Source: a virus | Lineage: Duplodnaviria > Heunggongvirae > Uroviricota > Caudoviricetes | IMG/VR virus record: IMGVR_UViG_3300020723_000003 | Reading direction: 5' to 3' (one strand) | DNA: 12,905 nt | Shown here: positions 7,676 to 12,905 of the stretch, piece after piece | How positions within the stretch are numbered: position 1 is the first letter of the stretch | How the letters are laid out: the number at the start of each line of letters is the position of its first letter | Program-made: the position numbers and the translations under genes | Notes under the pieces: model-generated | Database searches by the model: none | What the model was told of the DNA's origin: nothing | The model's input: the letters and a program-made list of their open reading frames with translations, nothing else

Positions 7676-8254
7676 ATGGCGTTTAATGTAGATCAATTTA
7701 GAATGGCAATGGCATTGGATGGTGCAAGACCAAACTTGTTCCAAGTAACATTATCATTTCCAAGCCTTGTCGCTTATGGTGACACAAGAGAATTATCTTT
7801 TATGGCAAATTCAACAACATTACCATCATCTATTGTTGGTGTAGCAAGACAAAGTTATTTTGGTAGAGAAGTAAAATTTCCTGGAAATAGAGTATTTCAG
7901 GATTGGTCAATTAATGTAATTAATGATGAAACATTTAATATCAGAAATGCATTTGAACAATGGTTGAATATAATAAACAATAATAGTGGAAATGTGAGAG
8001 ATTCAGCTGCAGTGTATAGTAATGGGTATTCTGTTGATGCTCAAGTAACACAATTCAGTAAAGATGGTCAACCATTAAAACAATATAATTTTGTTGGTTT
8101 ATTTCCTACCCAAGTTGATCCTATCAATTTAAGTTGGGGAAATAATGATACTATTGAAGAATTTGGCGTTACATTCTCGTATCAATATTGGGAGTCTACA
8201 AGAGATGCTGCAACACAGCCTTCTCCTAATGCAGCTTCTGCAGCTTTCCTATAA
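7676..8254 (+). CDS. gp19: Tail tube protein gp19
   Basis: Motifs GARPNLFQV, YFGREVKFPGNRVFQDWSINVINDETFNIRNAFEQW, LFPTQVDPINLSW and IEEFGVTFSYQYWE. RBS GAGGA at 7663-7667. Confidence 0.96.
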   Translation: MAFNVDQFRMAMALDGARPNLFQVTLSFPSLVAYGDTRELSFMANSTTLPSSIVGVARQSYFGREVKFPGNRVFQDWSINVINDETFNIRNAFEQWLNIINNNSGNVRDSAAVYSNGYSVDAQVTQFSKDGQPLKQYNFVGLFPTQVDPINLSWGNNDTIEEFGVTFSYQYWESTRDAATQPSPNAASAAFL

Positions 8255-8275
8255 TATTTTTTGAGTTTTTAGATT

Positions 8276-9940
8276 ATGGCAAAAATATCATTATTCGGAT
8301 TTAAACTTGGGAAAGATACTCCTGCGCAGGAAGTTTTACCCTCGTTTTCTCCACCTGTGCTAGATGATGGTGCTGTAACCATAACGGCTGCAGCACATTA
8401 TGGAACAAGCATTGATTTAGATTCAAATTATAAGAATGATGTTGAGTTAATTACTCGGTATCGTGAAATGGCAATGCAACCAGAAATTGAAACTGCTGTT
8501 GACGACATTATCAATGAAGCAGTAATTCATGACGAAGATGAATCAGTTAAAATTGTCTCAGATAATATCAAAGCCTCTCCAAAAGTAAGAGCTGCTATTG
8601 ATGAAGAATTCCAAAATATCTTAACTCTTTTAAATTTCAAAAATTTAGGCCAAGATATATTCAGAAGATATTATGTTGATGGAAGATTATTTTATAATAT
8701 CATTCTAGATAAAGAAAATCCACAAGCAGGTATTCAAGAATTACGTTATACTGATCCAAGAAAACTTACTAAAATCAGAGAAATAAAAAAAGTAAAAGAT
8801 AAAACTACTGGTTTTGATATTGTGCAAGGATTTGCTGAATATTATATTTATTCAGATTCGATTTCTACAAAATCGAATTTATCTAATTCTGGACTAAGAA
8901 TTGCTCCAGATTCTATTATTTCTGTGACAAGCGGACTATTAGATTCAAAACGATCTATAATATTAAGTTATTTACATAAAAGTATTAAACCTCTCAATCA
9001 ATTAAGAATGATTGAAGATGCTACTATTATATATAAAATCTCTAGAGCTCCAGAAAGAAGAATATTTTATATAGATGTTGGAAATTTGCCGAAAATGAAG
9101 GCAGAACAATATCTTAAAGATATTATGACAAAATACAAAAATAAAGTTGTATATGATGCAAACACTGGTGCAATTCGTGATGATAGAAGATTTCTTTCTA
9201 TGCAAGAAGATTTCTGGTTACCAAGAAGAAATGGACAATCAACTGAAATTACAACATTACCATCATCAGCAGCATTTGATGATATGTCAATGATTGAATA
9301 TTTTGAAAAGAAATTATATAAATCTTTAAATGTTCCATATTCAAGACTAATTCAATCTGATTCTCCTTTTGATGCAGGAAATCCGGACCAAATATCTAGA
9401 GACGAAATTAAATTTGCAAAATTTATTAATAGATTAAGATTAAAATTTACTGATTTATTTGATCAAGCATTAAGAGTTCAATGTTACTTAAAAGGTATTT
9501 GTTCTCAAGAAGAATTTGATACATATAAACAACATATCTATTATGATTTTAAGATAGATAACCATTATGCAGAATTAATTGATGCACAACTATTGCAAAG
9601 TAGAATGGGTGTTCTTGATTCTGTTGCCCCCTATGTTGGGAAATATTATTCACAACAATGGATTCAGAAAAATATATTACAATTTTCTGATGAAGATATT
9701 AAACAAATGGCAAAAGAGATTACAGATGAAGTTAAAGATGGATGGTATCCTGACCCAAAACTTGCTGCAACAGATCCATCTTTAGGTGGTTTACCTCCTG
9801 ATGGGAGCCAAGACTCTTTGCCTGTTTCAGATAATACTGATGCTAGCAACGATCAACAAGATGAACCACAAAATAAACCTGTAAAAAAACAAAAAGATTC
9901 TGATCAACAATCTAATAACCCATATTATACTAATGGCTAA
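8276..9940 (+). CDS. gp20: Portal vertex protein gp20
   Basis: Motifs LFGF, LITRYREMAMQPEIETAVDDIINEA, YVDGRLFY, SYLHKSIKPLNQLRMIEDA, RAPERRIFYIDVGNLPK, EDFWLPRR and ISRDEIKF. Confidence 0.97.
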   Translation: MAKISLFGFKLGKDTPAQEVLPSFSPPVLDDGAVTITAAAHYGTSIDLDSNYKNDVELITRYREMAMQPEIETAVDDIINEAVIHDEDESVKIVSDNIKASPKVRAAIDEEFQNILTLLNFKNLGQDIFRRYYVDGRLFYNIILDKENPQAGIQELRYTDPRKLTKIREIKKVKDKTTGFDIVQGFAEYYIYSDSISTKSNLSNSGLRIAPDSIISVTSGLLDSKRSIILSYLHKSIKPLNQLRMIEDATIIYKISRAPERRIFYIDVGNLPKMKAEQYLKDIMTKYKNKVVYDANTGAIRDDRRFLSMQEDFWLPRRNGQSTEITTLPSSAAFDDMSMIEYFEKKLYKSLNVPYSRLIQSDSPFDAGNPDQISRDEIKFAKFINRLRLKFTDLFDQALRVQCYLKGICSQEEFDTYKQHIYYDFKIDNHYAELIDAQLLQSRMGVLDSVAPYVGKYYSQQWIQKNILQFSDEDIKQMAKEITDEVKDGWYPDPKLAATDPSLGGLPPDGSQDSLPVSDNTDASNDQQDEPQNKPVKKQKDSDQQSNNPYYTNG

Positions 9941-10352
9941 ACATATAAAAAAAGATTTACCACAAGTTTTGGTATTAAAACGGCAGTTTATTCAAAGATT
10001 TCCAAATGGACAAATGGTTGCATTATATCATTCTGATCATTTAAATCAATTTGTTACTGTTCCTTTAGACAATTCACAATTTTCTTCTAATACAGTTGAA
10101 AGCGTTTTAGAAAGATTAAATTATATCTCAGAAAATGATGATGTCGAAACATTAGTATTTGAAGATCTATCTGAATTGAATATAAATAAAGAATGTGCTG
10201 ATATAATGTTAGAATTTATTGCATCTCAACCGGAATTATTAGAAGCAATTGTTGTTTCTGATAAAAAATTCTTAGAATTATTAGAACAGGCTGTAAATTT
10301 ATCATCAGATATACCGGAATCTGAATCAAATCAGGAGTTAGAAGAACAATGA
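9933..10352 (+). CDS. Hypothetical protein in the gp67/gp68 (prohead core) position
   Basis: Overlaps g20 by 8 nt and g21 by 4 nt (ATGA), and is acidic. Its position matches T4 g67/g68, but I cannot confirm homology. Confidence 0.75.
   Translation: MAKHIKKDLPQVLVLKRQFIQRFPNGQMVALYHSDHLNQFVTVPLDNSQFSSNTVESVLERLNYISENDDVETLVFEDLSELNINKECADIMLEFIASQPELLEAIVVSDKKFLELLEQAVNLSSDIPESESNQELEEQ
10181..10188 (+). promoter_or_regulatory. Possible internal late promoter upstream of g21
   Basis: Exact TATAAATA inside ORF 9933-10352, about 160 nt before the g21 ATG. Confidence 0.5.
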
Positions 10353-10999
10353 AATTATTAAACGAATTTACAGAATCGGTCTCAACTAATGTGTTGGTTG
10401 AAGAAACGACTGGCAAAAAATCTTATAAAATTAATGGTCCATTTATTCATACAGAAGAAGCAAATAGAAATGGTCGTATTTATATAAAAGAACATATGCT
10501 TCCGGAAGTTTCTAGATATAAAAAAGATTTTGTAGATACAAGAAGAGCATTAGGAGAACTTTCTCACCCAGAAGGTCCAGCAATCAACCCTGATAAAGTT
10601 TCTCATTTAATTACAAAATTAGAATTTGTTGATAATTTGTGCATTGGCGAGGCAACAATTCTAGATACCCCGAATGGTAATATCGTTAAATCATTTATTG
10701 ATGCTGGAGTAAATTTTGGCGTCTCAACTAGAGGTCTTGGTTCGATCAAAGAATCTGGCGGTTTGAAATATGTCCAACCAGATTTTCGCTTAGTTACAGT
10801 AGATATAGTTTTAGATCCATCTGGAAAAGCGTGTTATGTCGAAGGATTGATGGAAGGAAAAGAATGGATGTATGTTGATGGGAAAGGTTGGGTAGAACAA
10901 TACCTTGAAGAATCGCGAAAAACCTTAAAAACACTAAAAGCTAAAGATGTTGAACCAATGGCGTTACAAATTTTTGAGAATTTTCTCGCAAAATTATAA
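10349..10999 (+). CDS. gp21: Prohead core protease gp21
   Basis: Motifs EEANRNGRIY, RALGELSHPE (catalytic His region), ATILDTPNG, GVSTRGLGS (catalytic Ser region), DIVLDPS and VEGLME. Confidence 0.96.
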   Translation: MKLLNEFTESVSTNVLVEETTGKKSYKINGPFIHTEEANRNGRIYIKEHMLPEVSRYKKDFVDTRRALGELSHPEGPAINPDKVSHLITKLEFVDNLCIGEATILDTPNGNIVKSFIDAGVNFGVSTRGLGSIKESGGLKYVQPDFRLVTVDIVLDPSGKACYVEGLMEGKEWMYVDGKGWVEQYLEESRKTLKTLKAKDVEPMALQIFENFLAKL

Positions 11000-11003
11000 C
11001 TTT

Positions 11004-11011
11004 TATAAATA
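11004..11011 (+). promoter_or_regulatory. T4-type late promoter for g22-g23
   Basis: Exact TATAAATA in the g21-g22 gap, followed by RBS AAGAGGA (11028-11034) and ATG 11042. Confidence 0.85.
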
Positions 11012-11041
11012 ATACTAAACGAAATCTAAGAGGATATATAC

Positions 11042-12133
11042 ATGTCAAAAGAAAAAAATTTGAATCTTTCTGAAGCTGCATTAGAGATTCTGAACACAAA
11101 CGTAAAAACAAAAGATGCTAGCCAAGATAAATTCGGCCAAGGCGAAAAATTAAAAGATACAGTAAATAAAAGTGCTTCTGATATCGGAAGTGCAAGTTTT
11201 GCAGAATATGATTTGAAAGATGTTCCTACTGCAACTGCTCCAGGAGAAACTCCTCCTGTTGGCTCAGAACCAATTAAAAAATTAGCTCCTCAACCAGCAG
11301 AAACTTCAACAGCTGTTGATACTAAAGTTGACCAATTACCTAAAAAGGGAAAATTTGTTAACGAAGAGGAAGAAGTTGATGAAACTGAATCTGAAGAAGA
11401 AGTTAATGAAGATATCGAAGCATTAATGGCTGGCGAAAACCTTTCTGAAGAATTTAAAAAGAAAGCTACTGCTATCTTTGAAGCTGCTGTTAAAGCAAAA
11501 GTTTCTGAATTAGCTGAAGAATTAGAAGCACAATATGTTGCTCAATTCGAAGAAGCTTATGAAGAAATGAAAGAAGATTTCTCAACAAAAGTAGACGAAT
11601 ATTTAGATTACGTTGTTGAATCTTGGTTAGAAGAAAATACTCTTGCTATTGAATCAGGTCTAAGAACTGAAATAGCTGAAGGTTTTATGGAATCATTAAA
11701 AGCAGTGTTCGAAGAGCACTATATTGATATCCCTGAAGAAAAATTTGATGTAGTTGAAAGTTTAACTTCTAAAGTAGAAGTTTTAGAAAAACAAGTCAAT
11801 GAAGAAATGACAAAAAACATTAACTTGAAACAAAAATTGTCAGAACAAAAGAAAGTAGAAGCTCTTCATGCAGTTTGTGAAGGATTAACTTTATCTCAAG
11901 CAGAAAAAATTAAATCTATCGCCGAGGGTGTAGAATTTGTTTCTGATGAAGATTTCGTAAATCAAATGGAAGACATTAAAGAATCTTATTTCTCTACTGC
12001 TACTTCTGTTAAACCCGCTTCGAAAGAATCTTTGAACGATGTAGTAGAATTAATCGAAGAAAAAGAACAAAAAGTTGTTGATCCAGTTATCGCAGCTTAT
12101 GCTTCTAAAATTTCTCAAACACTATTAAAATAA
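11042..12133 (+). CDS. gp22: Prohead core scaffold protein gp22
   Basis: Motifs LSEEFKKKATAIFEAAV, KVDEYLDYVVESW, AIESGLRTEIAEGFM, VFEEHYIDIPEEK and IKESYF. Acidic and coiled-coil-like, located between g21 and g23. Confidence 0.95.
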   Translation: MSKEKNLNLSEAALEILNTNVKTKDASQDKFGQGEKLKDTVNKSASDIGSASFAEYDLKDVPTATAPGETPPVGSEPIKKLAPQPAETSTAVDTKVDQLPKKGKFVNEEEEVDETESEEEVNEDIEALMAGENLSEEFKKKATAIFEAAVKAKVSELAEELEAQYVAQFEEAYEEMKEDFSTKVDEYLDYVVESWLEENTLAIESGLRTEIAEGFMESLKAVFEEHYIDIPEEKFDVVESLTSKVEVLEKQVNEEMTKNINLKQKLSEQKKVEALHAVCEGLTLSQAEKIKSIAEGVEFVSDEDFVNQMEDIKESYFSTATSVKPASKESLNDVVELIEEKEQKVVDPVIAAYASKISQTLLK

Positions 12134-12167
12134 AAATACTTTAGAAAATAAAAAGGAGTTGTAAAAA

Positions 12168-12905
12168 ATGGCATTATTAAACGAAGAATTAAACCTAAAA
12201 TGGGGTCCAATTTTAGAGCACCCTGAATTAACTAGCATTTCTGATCCATATAAAAAAGCAGTTACTGCTATTATTTTAGAAAATCAACAAAATGCAATGG
12301 ATGCTGATCGTCAAACTTTGAACGAAACAACAACTAACGTTGCTGGTGGTATTTCAAATTTTGATCCAATCTTAATCAGCTTAGTACGTCGTGCGCTTCC
12401 TAACTTAATTGCTTATGATATCGCTGGCGTTCAACCAATGACTGGCCCAACTGGTTTGATCTTTGCATTACGTTCACGTTACGGTTCACAATCTGGCGCC
12501 GAAGCTTTCTACAATGAAGCTAATACTATCTTCTCTGGTATTATTGGTAATACTCCAGCAGGTAATACTGGTTCTACTACTGCTTCTGCTGCTTCTGCAA
12601 ATAGTGCTGTTGATTCTACTGGTCCATTAGCTTTATCTAGTTTTGATACTGGTACTGGTTTAACTACTGCTTTGGGTGAAGTTTTAGGTGCATCAAACGC
12701 TTTCCCTGAAATGGGTATCTCTATCGAGAAAGTAACTGTTTCTGCTAAAACTCGTGCATTGAAAGCTGAGTACTCTTTAGAAATGGCACAAGACTTAAAA
12801 GCAATTCATGGTCTTGACGCTGAAACTGAATTGTCTAATATTCTTTCTACTGAAATTTTATCAGAAATCAACCGTGAAGTTATCCGTACTATCTACACTG
12901 TAGCT
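12168..12905 (+). CDS. gp23: Major capsid protein gp23, N-terminal 246 codons (3'-truncated; absent from the ORF track)
   Basis: RBS AAGGAG at 12153-12158, ATG at 12168. My translation reads MALLNEELNLKWGPILEHP...FDPILISLVRRALPNLIAYDIAGVQPMTGPTGLIFALRSRY...KTRALKAEYSLEMAQDLKAIHGLDAETELSNILSTEILSEINREVIRTI. Confidence 0.98.
   Translation, partial: MALLNEELNLKWGPILEHPELTSISDPYKKAVTAIILENQQNAMDADRQTLNETTTNVAGGISNFDPILISLVRRALPNLIAYDIAGVQPMTGPTGLIFALRSRYGSQSGAEAFYNEANTIFSGIIGNTPAGNTGSTTASAASANSAVDSTGPLALSSFDTGTGLTTALGEVLGASNAFPEMGISIEKVTVSAKTRALKAEYSLEMAQDLKAIHGLDAETELSNILSTEILSEINREVIRTIYTVA

Noticed and set aside
3518-8254. A T4-like g16/g19 shared sequence (pac or amplification site)
   Set aside because: I found only a 9-bp match (GTTGATGCT) by eye, which is not distinguishable from chance. 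A dot-plot would be needed.
8230-8262. Small hairpin TGCAG-CTT-CTGCA and a downstream T-run at the end of g19, as a possible terminator
   Set aside because: The stem is only 5 bp, lies within the coding sequence (AASAA codons), and is too far from the T-run.
7168-10416. Short minus-strand ORFs at 7168-7353, 9002-9205, 9664-9849 and 10216-10416
   Set aside because: All are under 70 aa, nested antisense to conserved genes, and lack signals.
10477-10484. TATAAATA on the minus strand inside g21
   Set aside because: No credible minus-strand gene lies downstream, and one chance hit is unsurprising in AT-rich DNA.
11042-11410. Long Pro/acidic N-terminal region of gp22, including a GAAGAAGTT(G/A)ATGAA near-repeat at 11369 and 11396
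   Set aside because: Long disordered N-termini are, as I recall, usual in non-enteric T4-like gp22 proteins, and the repeat follows from poly-Glu coding.
3957-12905. Introns, inteins, homing endonucleases or stop-codon reassignment in g17, g20, g21 or g23
   Set aside because: The ORFs are uninterrupted and of normal length, conserved motifs are contiguous, and genes end in TAA or in TGA at overlaps.

Overview
This window is the late virion-morphogenesis operon of an AT-rich T4-like myovirus. All credible genes are on the + strand. The order is the 3' part of a tail-fibre assembly chaperone-like gene, two small unknown genes, then gp13, gp14 (neck), gp15 (tail terminator), gp16 and gp17 (terminase), gp18 (sheath), gp19 (tube), gp20 (portal), one prohead-core-like ORF, gp21 (protease), gp22 (scaffold) and the first 246 codons of gp23 (major capsid). 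gp23 is missing from the ORF track because it runs off the window. Exact T4 late-promoter motifs (TATAAATA) occur at 270, 5658, 10181 and 11004. I see no intron, intein, homing endonuclease, recoding or CRISPR signal, and I cannot support a wholly new biological system. The best leads are a homologous ~65-aa module inserted in both gp14 and gp15, two unexplained late genes where T4 has wac/fibritin, and an orientation-asymmetric hairpin between g18 and g19. Family assignments come from recalled motifs and synteny, not database searches.
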